Source of the DNA: an uncultured delta proteobacterium
GTDB lineage: Bacteria > Myxococcota_A > Polyangia > Polyangiales > Polyangiaceae
Assembly: GCA_963841435.1 (NCBI GenBank)
Contig: CAWJCS010000005.1
Location: 1,024,001-1,088,000, forward strand
Direction of reading: 5' to 3'
DNA length: 64,000 nucleotides
Part shown: piece by piece, positions 39,616-47,824 of the stretch
Position numbering within the stretch: the stretch's first letter is position 1
Layout: the number at the start of each line of letters is the position of its first letter
Program-made: the position numbers and the translations under genes
The notes under the pieces: generated by a model
What the model saw: the letters and a program-made list of their open reading frames with translations, nothing else
Database searches by the model: none
Told to the model about the DNA's origin: nothing

Positions 39616-40072
39616 TTCAGGGCCGGGCTCCGGCGCGTATCGGAAAGCTCGGGCATGAACGAGCGATGGCCGAGATCACCGGCCTCGAACTCGGCGCGGA
39701 CGCGCCGCAAGAAGTACACGATCTGGGGCGACTTGAGCCGGCCTTCGACCTCGACGGCGCTGAACTTGTACGTCTTCACGCCTTCGTCCTTTTTCGATTC
39801 CTCGACGGCCGTCACCTTGGTCCCTTTGCCTTCTCGGTTTCCTTGGTGACGCTCGTGCCGGCTGCCTTCACGGCGGGCTCGGGACCTTCCCCTTCGAGCT
39901 CGGTGCCTTTTTCGGGCTCCTTGCTCGCGCTCGTTTCCGTCGCGGCCTTGGGCGCTTTCTTGGGTGCACGCTTTGGCTTCGCGAACGTGGACGAGGCGAA
40001 GAAGAGCGCCACGAGCCCCACGAATCCGAGCAGTCGCAGCCGACGGCGAGGACGCATCGAATCCCGGAGCAT
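39612..40072 (-). CDS. CglF/GltF-like secreted small protein, frameshifted near 39830
   Basis: Signal peptide and Lys-rich linker in one frame; KTYKFSAVEVEGRLKSPQIVYFLRR in the next; ATGA coupling to the GltG-like gene. Confidence 0.6.
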
Positions 40073-40277
40073 AATCGAAACGCCGGAGCGTCGCACGCGT
40101 CCTTGGACGCTCGGACGACCGGTCGGAGACGAAAGCATCTCTCCAGGCGACGATCGCGCACCTTCGCCCACACGGGCGCTACGCGTCACGTGGGGCGAAA
40201 GCGGGCTCCGACGCTGCGAGCGTTACACTGATGACAGACGCGGAGCGCCGACGACCGACACCTCGAACGCCACGCAT

Positions 40278-40847
40278 TCAGTGCCGCGTGAGCCTTGCGC
40301 CGTACACGAGGCCGCCGCGCGCCCTGTAAAGCGAGAGGACCCCGGCGGCGTGATCGGCGAGCACGCCGTCCACGACCTCGACGCCGCGCTCGGCGAGCTC
40401 CTTCTTCCAGCTCGGGCTGCGCGGGCCTTCGTCGAAGCCCACTGCTTGCGCCTGCTCGAGGCGCGCCCCGCAAACCAGGCGACTGACGCCCGACCAGTAC
40501 GTCGCGCCCAGGCATTGGACGCAAGGCTCGGAGCTCGTCACGAGCTCGTACGAACCGATGTCGAGCGTGTAGTTTTCGACGGTCGCCTGCGCGAACGCGA
40601 TCGCCACGATCTCGGCGTGCAACAGCGAAGAGCCTTGCTCCACGACGAAGTTCGCGCCCGGCGCCACGACGCGCCCCGTTTCACGCTCGAAGACGGCGGC
40701 TCCGAAGGGACCGCCGCCGTGGTCGATGTTCCGGCGCGCGATCTGGATGACAAGCTCCATTTTGGCGGTGTCGCTCGCGCGCGGCGACGCGAGATCGAGC
40801 TCGGCAAATATCCACGCGGGAAGTTGGAAGCTGAGTGAACGTTTCAT
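40278..40847 (-). CDS. Nucleoside/guanine deaminase (CDA superfamily)
   Basis: GGPFGAAV, HAE, EPCVQC, GFDEG. Confidence 0.9.
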   Translation of the reverse strand: MKRSLSFQLPAWIFAELDLASPRASDTAKMELVIQIARRNIDHGGGPFGAAVFERETGRVVAPGANFVVEQGSSLLHAEIVAIAFAQATVENYTLDIGSYELVTSSEPCVQCLGATYWSGVSRLVCGARLEQAQAVGFDEGPRSPSWKKELAERGVEVVDGVLADHAAGVLSLYRARGGLVYGARLTRH

Positions 40848-41029
40848 GCTTGGCGTCGTCAGGGGCCAGCCTCGAACGGCGGCTCTCGCGAGACTAGCGC
40901 TGCGGGCGTTTCCGGCGAAAGTCTCCGGTCCTTCCGGAATCCGAGTCGCGAAGGAACCCCCCCAAGACCCGGTCGCCCCATGTCGGCTCGTCACGTCCCG
41001 CTGCGCCGCGCGCCTCCCTCGCACCGGCG

Positions 41030-42226
41030 TCAGAAGAGCTGGCCCGCAACCAAATAGAGGCCCACGGGGTGGGCGTCGGGCGACCAGGCGGCGTCAGCGC
41101 GTAAGACGAAGGAGTCGCCGGCGTGCCAGCGCGGCCCGCCACCGATACCGTATTTGAGCCCGAGGCCGTGACCGTCGAACGCGGGATTCTTCTTGTAGTC
41201 GAGCCACAGCCGGCCCGCGTCGAAGAAGCCCGTGAGGCCGAGGACGTTGTCCTTGCTGAAAGCGTGAAACCGAAAGAGCTCCGTCCGAAGCTCGAGGTTG
41301 CCGAAGAGCTTTGCCTTGCCGTAGTAGCGCTCGGCCGGCACGCCGCGAACGCCCTTCACGCCACCGATGGCGTAGGTATCGTCGTAGTGCGAAAGCTCGT
41401 AAAATGGCGGATCCCCGAACAGACCATCCGCGATGATCCGCACGGCGAGCGTGACGCGCCGTTCGAGCGGCACGTAGCCCCGAAGCGCCAGGTTCACGCG
41501 CGCGAAGCGATAGGGAAAGCCGTCCCAGCCGCCGGGCGACAGCTCGACGCGCAGGATGTGGTACTGCCCCGAGTGCGCGGACACCTCGTGATCGCGGCTG
41601 TCGAAGCCGACGCCATAGAAGGTCGTTGCGACGCCGTGTCGCTCACTCGGGTGCAGGTAGCGGCGTACCTCGGGCGACCCATGGTACATGTCGTCGTACA
41701 GCACGCTGCCTGGGCGGATCGTCATCCAGTTGTAGGATGCCCATAGGCCCCACGTGAGAAGCACCTGCTCGCTCGCGTGATAGCGACCCTGGAAGTCGAG
41801 CCGCGGGTGGGTCCAGCCGTATTCGTAGCGCTCGGCGATCGGATTCGTGCCAGCGGGGATTTCGGAAGCGTTGCCGAGACCGTAGTACGTGAGGTTCTGT
41901 TCTCGTGAGAAGTCGGCGACGAAGCGAACGCCGAAGCGTCCCTTGATGACGTGCGGGAATTCGATCACGACGTAGTCGTTGGCATACGGCACCTCGAAGT
42001 CCCCGTGCCCCGACTTGAAGGTGATCGATCCGGCGTTCTCGACGCGAAACACGTACGGCTCGTACCCCTCCACGACGCGCGCGAGGGACATGAGATAGCC
42101 GCCACCGAAACCGATGTCGCTCGTACCACCCACCGCGGGGACGATCGTGAGCTCGTTTCGTGGCTCGGCGGCGAGCGCGCTCGGTGCCAAGCTGGCGCAC
42201 AAGAAGAACCAGCGGAGCGACTTCAG
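41030..42226 (-). CDS. Omp85-type surface-antigen beta-barrel (no POTRA domains)
   Basis: YYGLGN, GGVKGVRGVPAERYYG, NLELR, FFDAGR, C-terminal GQLF; start uncertain (CTG 42226 or TTG 42202). Confidence 0.8.
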   Translation of the reverse strand: MKSLRWFFLCASLAPSALAAEPRNELTIVPAVGGTSDIGFGGGYLMSLARVVEGYEPYVFRVENAGSITFKSGHGDFEVPYANDYVVIEFPHVIKGRFGVRFVADFSREQNLTYYGLGNASEIPAGTNPIAERYEYGWTHPRLDFQGRYHASEQVLLTWGLWASYNWMTIRPGSVLYDDMYHGSPEVRRYLHPSERHGVATTFYGVGFDSRDHEVSAHSGQYHILRVELSPGGWDGFPYRFARVNLALRGYVPLERRVTLAVRIIADGLFGDPPFYELSHYDDTYAIGGVKGVRGVPAERYYGKAKLFGNLELRTELFRFHAFSKDNVLGLTGFFDAGRLWLDYKKNPAFDGHGLGLKYGIGGGPRWHAGDSFVLRADAAWSPDAHPVGLYLVAGQLF

Positions 42227-44077
42227 AGCGAGACCCCCGAAAGCCAGCGATCGCTCACGAATGGCGTCACGTCGGTCAACCCGTTCGCGAGGGCGATTCC
42301 GACGTTGGCCATCTCCGAGGACAGGAGGAATGCCCCCCGGGGCGGGTGGGGCGCGAGCTCGACGTACCCCTTTGCTTCGAGGCGTCCGCTGCGCGCCTCG
42401 GGTACCTCGAGGCGTTGCTCGTCTTCGACGCGGCGCAACCGGACGCGCCCGTCGAGCGCACCGAGGCCCAGCGCCTCACCCGCGAGGGCCCGCAGCCACT
42501 TGGGGCCAATGAATAGGGAAAGCGCCGCATCGGCGTTCTCCGCGTGCAGGCGCATGTCCCCTGCCGCGCGGAATGGCCCCTTGGTCCACACGCGAAGCAT
42601 TTCGCTCAGCAAGGTAGCCGAGAATCCGGCCGTGCGCGCGTTTCCTGCGTCCAAAATGACCGATCCGAGCTCGATCCGCGGATGCTCGAAGATGAGCTCG
42701 TCGGGCACCGCCCCTGCTCTGCGCACCCGACTCGAGAGTTTGCCGCTCGCCGCCAGCGAGAACGAGGGGCGCGCGTAGCTCACGCCCTCGAGCGTCGCCG
42801 CCAGCGAGCCCCAGACCGACCCGTTCGCAGCCCGCGTGAGCTCGAGGCGGGCGCAAGCCGCACCGGCGAGACGACCGCCCGCGACGCTGGGCTCGGGCGT
42901 GAGCCATCCGAGCTCCGGGGCGCAAAGCCGGTGGAGCATCAAGGCGGCCGCGCCGAGTACCCTTTCGCGAGTGAGATTCTGCGGGGCCGACGCCCAAGAG
43001 AACGGCGATCGCCTCCACGAACGGCGGGTCCCCCGCGCGGTCTCGTGCTGACGCGGCCGTGAGCCGCGCGGCGCTCGAGCGGAGCTCGACCACGTCGGGG
43101 TCGTTCGACGGGACGACGAGCGACGCCTCCAACGAGCCGCCGACGCCCAGGCCCGCAGCGCCCGCCCGCACGCCGCGCGCGTGGAGCTCGACGTGCGACC
43201 CGGGACTGAGGACGCCGCGCTCGAGCGCGAGGTCGAACGCGAAGCTCGCGTCGCCCAGCAGCGACGCACCGAGCGCGGGCACGAGATACGCGTCGGCCGC
43301 TTCGAGACGCCCGCCGTCGAGCCTCCCGCGCACGCCGCCACTCACGTTGCGGAGCACCGCGAGACCGTCGAACTTGCGGATGTCGTGGTCCGCTACCCCG
43401 CAATCAATCGTGAGCTTGGTCTCGGCGGCGACCACGACGTTGCCGAGCGAAAGACGCCCCGGCCCGAGCTCGAGGCGAGCGGCGTCGACGCGGAGACGAC
43501 GAGCGGGCTCGAGGCGAAAGCCGCCCGTCGCCGTTCCGGCGCCGCGATACCGATACTCGAGAAGCCAGAGCTCCTGCAGGTGGGCCACAACGTCGTCGAG
43601 CTCGACCTGCCAGAGCGCGTACTCGGAGTCGGGGACCGGAGCAGGAGGGGGCCCCTCATACAGAGGCGGGTCGGAGAAGCCCGGAATACGCGGGAACGCC
43701 GCGAGCCGACGCTCGTTGCCCGCCACGGCGTGAACCTTGTGACGCATGCGAAAGCGCGTCCCGTCGGCTCGCACGGTGAGGGCGTGAAAGCGCCTCGACA
43801 CGAGCTCGTGAAGCGACACGTCGAGCTCACCGTGCGCGACCGCGACCTCGACTTGTACGTTGTAATCCTGGATGCGAACCACCAGGTTCTCGACCACGAC
43901 GCGACCCGGCCAGAGGCTATGCGCCGAGTCGAAGGTCACTTCCACGTCGCCGGACGAGCTCGCCAGACGCTGCACGATGCCAGTGCCGAGAATGGTGTTC
44001 ACGACCGCGAGGTACGCGAGCGTGAGCGAGGCGAGCACGAACACCAGTCGAATCGCGACCTTTTGCGCGAACTGCAC
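42223..44077 (-). CDS. AsmA-like N-anchored beta-rich protein, frameshifted near 42985
   Basis: N-terminal TM (LVFVLASLTLAYLAVVN), SLWPGRVVVENL; coding-like frame switches at the C4 run (G4 on +, 42983-42986). Confidence 0.55.
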
Positions 44078-44225
44078 CCGGCGCCCGTGAACGACCTCTC
44101 GCGCGAGCGGCCCTCGGCACGCGCCAACGACCGCGTTGGACCCCTCGCGGGAGCGCCACCTGGTTAGCGCGGCAATCCTCTGCCCGAACCGGCCTCCCAT
44201 CTTCCTCGTTGCTCTTGCGGCGACG

Positions 44226-44456
44226 CTAGTGGCGCAGCGAGTAGGCCGGCGGATCGCTCGCAGGAGGCGATCCCCACGAAGAGTCGTCCACCCTGTCGCG
44301 CTCACTCGAGGAAGGCAGAAAGCCTCGCGGCCGCCGTCCGAGGGCGCCGAGCGCCGAAAGCCCGACCCAGCCCGCCCTGATCCGGCGTCTTCGTGCCATG
44401 CGGCTGTCCACGCGTCGCGACATGGCGAGCAAATCGAACGTCTCGTTGGCGGTCAT
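44226..44456 (-). CDS. Small hypothetical protein with a 'DxxSxxS(F)PASDPP'-type motif
   Basis: RBS-like GAAGG upstream; DRVDDSSWGSPPASDPPAY resembles a recurrent motif of small soil-bacterial proteins. Confidence 0.5.
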   Translation of the reverse strand: MTANETFDLLAMSRRVDSRMARRRRIRAGWVGLSALGALGRRPRGFLPSSSERDRVDDSSWGSPPASDPPAYSLRH

Positions 44457-44510
44457 GACTTACCTTCGATCTCGATCTTGCTTCGGCGCTCGGACGCCTT
44501 TCGACGCCGA

Positions 44511-44708
44511 TCAGAGCCCCGAAATGAACGTGTTGACTTCACGCTCGGCGCGATCCCTCTGGTAGCCGTAGTGCTGCTGTAGTCAACCTACGAGCTTTTC
44601 TCGTTCGCCGCCGATGACCTCGAGATCGTCGTCCGTGAGCTTGCCCCACTTGGTCTTTACCGTCCCCTTGAAGACACGCCACTGACCTTTGATGTTGTCC
44701 CAGTTCAT
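44511..44708 (-). pseudogene. CsbD/YjbJ-family stress protein with an in-frame TGA at 44583-44585
   Basis: MNWDNIKGQWRVFKGTVKTKWGKLTDDDLEVIGGEREKLVG*LQQHYGYQRDRAEREVNTFISGL; homology continues past the stop. Confidence 0.8.
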
Positions 44709-44820
44709 GCTCTTCCTTCCTGGTTGTCGACGATCGCCACGATGGCGACCGATGGGACGTCTCGGTGCACCATCCATGCCATCAAATCAGCTGCTTCTCG
44801 GAGCAGACGAGGGACACCGA

Positions 44821-44860
44821 ACGGGCATCGTCGCCTCGATGGGATCATCTGCCCCGAGCG
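44821..44860 (+). repeat. Copy 1 of a 40-bp imperfect direct repeat
   Basis: acgggcatcgtcgcctcgatgggatcatctgccccgagcg; 37/40 identical to 49717-49756. Confidence 0.85.
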
Positions 44861-45873
44861 ACTTGCTGCGGCTTGCCCCGAATGGCGTCGTGGACGAAGG
44901 CGAGCTTGTCGCGAACTCGGTTCGTGACGGCAAAGGGGTAGGCGTCCCGCTGCCCGAGGCTGCGATTCATCTCGTTGAGCGCCACCGAAAGCGCCTGAAA
45001 GTCCACGAGTATCGCGTCGAACGACCGTTCGCGGGCAGCGTCGGGCGGCCCGTCCAGCAAGCGCTGAGCGAACGCGGTTTCGAGGGCGTCGACGACGTGA
45101 AGGTAGTGCGCGAAGACCTCCGCCCAGTCTTCGAGCGGGTGAGCCGAAGCATAGGAGCTGATGAACTCGTTCTGCCAGCCATCGGGTGGTCCGGCGTCGT
45201 ACTGGCGTGCAAGGGCGGCCGCGTAGTCTTCGCGCTCGTCACCGAAGCAGGCACGGAAGGCAGGCCGGAGGGCCTCACCGGTGAGGACCTCGAAGTAGTA
45301 GTGGCCGATCTCGTGGCGGAAGTGACCGAGCAACGTACGATAGGGCTCGTTCAGCCGCGTGCGTGCCCGCTCGCGCTCGACGGGGTCTGCCTCGTCGATG
45401 TTCAGAGTGATGAGACCAGCGGCGTGACCGGTGAGCACGGGCGCGTCGGGTCGCGGGGCCACGAAGTCGAACGCGAGGCCGTGCTCGGCATCGTCCGCCT
45501 TGCACTGCAGCGAAAGTCCCAGGAAACCGAGACCGTAGAGCAAGCGCCGCTTCGCGGCTTCCACGTTGGCCCAGCGCGTCCGATTCTCGTCGCTCGCAAG
45601 ATTCGGGATCGTTCGATTGAGAGCGCACGCGCTGCAGCGCGCGACTCCGGCATCGACGCCCACGAGCCAGTTGCAACCCGCGCCGAGCGCGTGGTTCTCG
45701 CAGCGCCGGAGGCGCGTTTGCGCGTGCTCCCAGACCGGGGCGTCGCCCTCCCGCGTGGCGGTCGAGAGCATCGTAGCCGTCTCGGAAACGTATCCGAGCT
45801 CGTTGCCACAAGCGACACAGCGCTGATCGTCGAAGAAGACCCGAGCCCCACACCGACATTCGAAATTTCGCAT
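44845..45873 (-). CDS. Zinc-ribbon + putative zinc metallopeptidase (DUF2248/Peptidase_Mx-like)
   Basis: CxC..CxxC ribbon; EPYRTLLGHFRHEIGHYY; ISSYASAHPLEDWAE. Confidence 0.88.
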   Translation of the reverse strand: MRNFECRCGARVFFDDQRCVACGNELGYVSETATMLSTATREGDAPVWEHAQTRLRRCENHALGAGCNWLVGVDAGVARCSACALNRTIPNLASDENRTRWANVEAAKRRLLYGLGFLGLSLQCKADDAEHGLAFDFVAPRPDAPVLTGHAAGLITLNIDEADPVERERARTRLNEPYRTLLGHFRHEIGHYYFEVLTGEALRPAFRACFGDEREDYAAALARQYDAGPPDGWQNEFISSYASAHPLEDWAEVFAHYLHVVDALETAFAQRLLDGPPDAARERSFDAILVDFQALSVALNEMNRSLGQRDAYPFAVTNRVRDKLAFVHDAIRGKPQQVARGR

Positions 45874-45921
45874 ACCGGCAAGGAGTGCAGAGAGCGTGCC
45901 AGGCGAGATCCCCGCCCGACC

Positions 45922-47061
45922 TCAGCGTCGCATGAGCTGCGGAATGAGCGCGAGCCGGGGGCTGTGCTCGCAGACGATCGTCACCAACATGAGGAGGGGC
46001 ACGGCGAGCACGGCGCCGGCGATGCCCCAGAGCCACGCCCAGAACACGATCCACAGGAAAACCACCAGGGGACTTACCCGAAAGCGGTGGCCCAGCACGA
46101 GCGGCGTGATGAAGTTGCCCTCGATCGTCGTCATGGCGAGATAAACGAGGGGAGGAGTGACGCACGCACCCAGGGTGTCGAAGCTCACGAGCGCCGCGAC
46201 CCCGACGATACCAATCCCGACCGCGGGTCCGAGGTACGGCACGAAGTTCACGAGGCACGCCATGCCGCCCCAGAGCACGGGATTCGGCATGCCCACGGCG
46301 TAGAGCGAAACCGCGAGCGCCACCCCGAGCCCGAGGTTGATGAGCGTCACGGTCCCGAGGTAGCGCGCCATCTGGCGCTCGACGGCATTGATGAGGGAAC
46401 CGGCACGCGTCCGCTCCTCGAATTCTGGCAAGAAATGGAACAAGCGGCCGAGCAGAACGTCGCCGTCGAGCAAAAGGAAGTAGCTCGCGACGAGCGTCAC
46501 GACGAGGTGCGCGAGGAAGCCAGGCGCACCGTCGAGCAGCGTCGCGAACGGACCCGGCGCGGACAGCGTGACCTGCGGCAGCGCGGCGTCGGGCTCCTTC
46601 ACGGCCGTGGCGCGCTCGAGCTTGGTGGCGAGGATGGAAAGGCGCTCCATGGGCGCCTTGAGCGCACGGCTCTTGAATTCGACCTGCCGCACCGCAACGG
46701 GCAAGCGTTCGGCCCACGTCAACGCGGGACCCGAGAGCCCGAACCCGGCGACCGCGAGCGCGCCGACCGCCAAAGCGAGCACGAGCACGCCTGCGAGCGA
46801 CTTGGGTACACCTGCGCGGCGAAGCCCACGCACCGCCGGACGCAGCATGAGATAGAGCATCATGCCGAACGCCAGTGGAACCACGACACTTCGAGCGGCA
46901 TAGAGCGCCGCGAACAGCGCGATGAGGAGCACCACGCCGAACCCGCCCGTGCTCCGACCGCGCGGCGAAGGGCGGCGACGTGGGCCCGTGGGCAACGGCG
47001 CGTCCTCGGACACGGGACGCGCGCGGGGCGTCGGGGCAAGAGAGTTGACGGAGGAGATCAT
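45922..47061 (-). CDS. AI-2E (UPF0118) family transporter
   Basis: RYLGTVTLIN, NFVPYLGP, EGNFITPLVLG, LWGIAGAVLAVP. Confidence 0.92.
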   Translation of the reverse strand: MISSVNSLAPTPRARPVSEDAPLPTGPRRRPSPRGRSTGGFGVVLLIALFAALYAARSVVVPLAFGMMLYLMLRPAVRGLRRAGVPKSLAGVLVLALAVGALAVAGFGLSGPALTWAERLPVAVRQVEFKSRALKAPMERLSILATKLERATAVKEPDAALPQVTLSAPGPFATLLDGAPGFLAHLVVTLVASYFLLLDGDVLLGRLFHFLPEFEERTRAGSLINAVERQMARYLGTVTLINLGLGVALAVSLYAVGMPNPVLWGGMACLVNFVPYLGPAVGIGIVGVAALVSFDTLGACVTPPLVYLAMTTIEGNFITPLVLGHRFRVSPLVVFLWIVFWAWLWGIAGAVLAVPLLMLVTIVCEHSPRLALIPQLMRR

Positions 47062-47076
47062 GGGGCGGCCGCGCGC

Positions 47077-47589
47077 TCAGCGGTCGACGGAATGGGAAGA
47101 ACCCAGCGCCATCTTCTGGTGATATCGGGCATCAGCATCGTCCGAGGCCCGTTCGCCCTTGACGAGCGCCTTCGCGGCATGGGCTGCATAGAAAAGCCCG
47201 TTCACTCCGTGCAAATCCCAGAGCTCGGCGGCGAGCGGCGACACGCGCAGTGCGACCGCGTGCGGGTCCTGCGCTCCGTCCGGAAACCAGGGCCGGAGCT
47301 CCTCGCTGAACAACCGCTCCAAGAGCTCGGGTGAACGCTCGAGCGATGCCGCACCCGTGATGGACACGAATCGTCTGCCGTCTTGAAAGACGACGCCCAC
47401 CCGCTGGTCCGATTCGATCTCGAGCGCCTTGCCCGAATCGGCAGCCGTAAAGAACCACAGCGTCCCATCGGATTCGATCTCGGCGACACGCAACGGTCGG
47501 GCTCGCAGACCACCATGCGCGTCGTGCGTAACGAGCATGGCGGTCTTGAAGCTGGAAAGGACGTCGAAAAGCCGCGATCCCTCAGGCAT
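47077..47589 (-). CDS. General stress protein 26 / pyridoxamine-5'-phosphate oxidase-like FMN-binding protein
   Basis: AMLVT..LRARP..LWFFT..SGKALEI..FVSITG..PWFPDG..DP..AELWD. Confidence 0.85.
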   Translation of the reverse strand: MPEGSRLFDVLSSFKTAMLVTHDAHGGLRARPLRVAEIESDGTLWFFTAADSGKALEIESDQRVGVVFQDGRRFVSITGAASLERSPELLERLFSEELRPWFPDGAQDPHAVALRVSPLAAELWDLHGVNGLFYAAHAAKALVKGERASDDADARYHQKMALGSSHSVDR

Positions 47590-47824
47590 GACACGGCTCC
47601 AAGCAAGGCCCGGGCCGAACGCGACGCCTCCCATGATCCTGCGCTTTCCGCGTGCGAGCCTTGCGTGCGGAGCGCGCGTGCGTCGCCGCACAATGTCGCG
47701 ATGTGACAACTTGCCACGCCGAACGCCGCTCGCGACACGCGACACAGGGGCGCCGGGCACGGATTCTGCACCCCTCAGCCTGGAAATCGGAACTGACCAT
47801 TCCCACACCCGGTCGAGTTGGCTC

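Noticed and set aside
39612-39815. Separate 67-aa gene
   Set aside because: Better explained as the C-terminal half of the signal-peptide ORF upstream with one base missing near 39830
44689-47334. Long antisense ORFs (e.g. 881 aa here; also 16253-18460, 24681-26771, 61329-63632)
   Set aside because: Shadow ORFs opposite real genes, expected in high-GC DNA; no recognisable motifs
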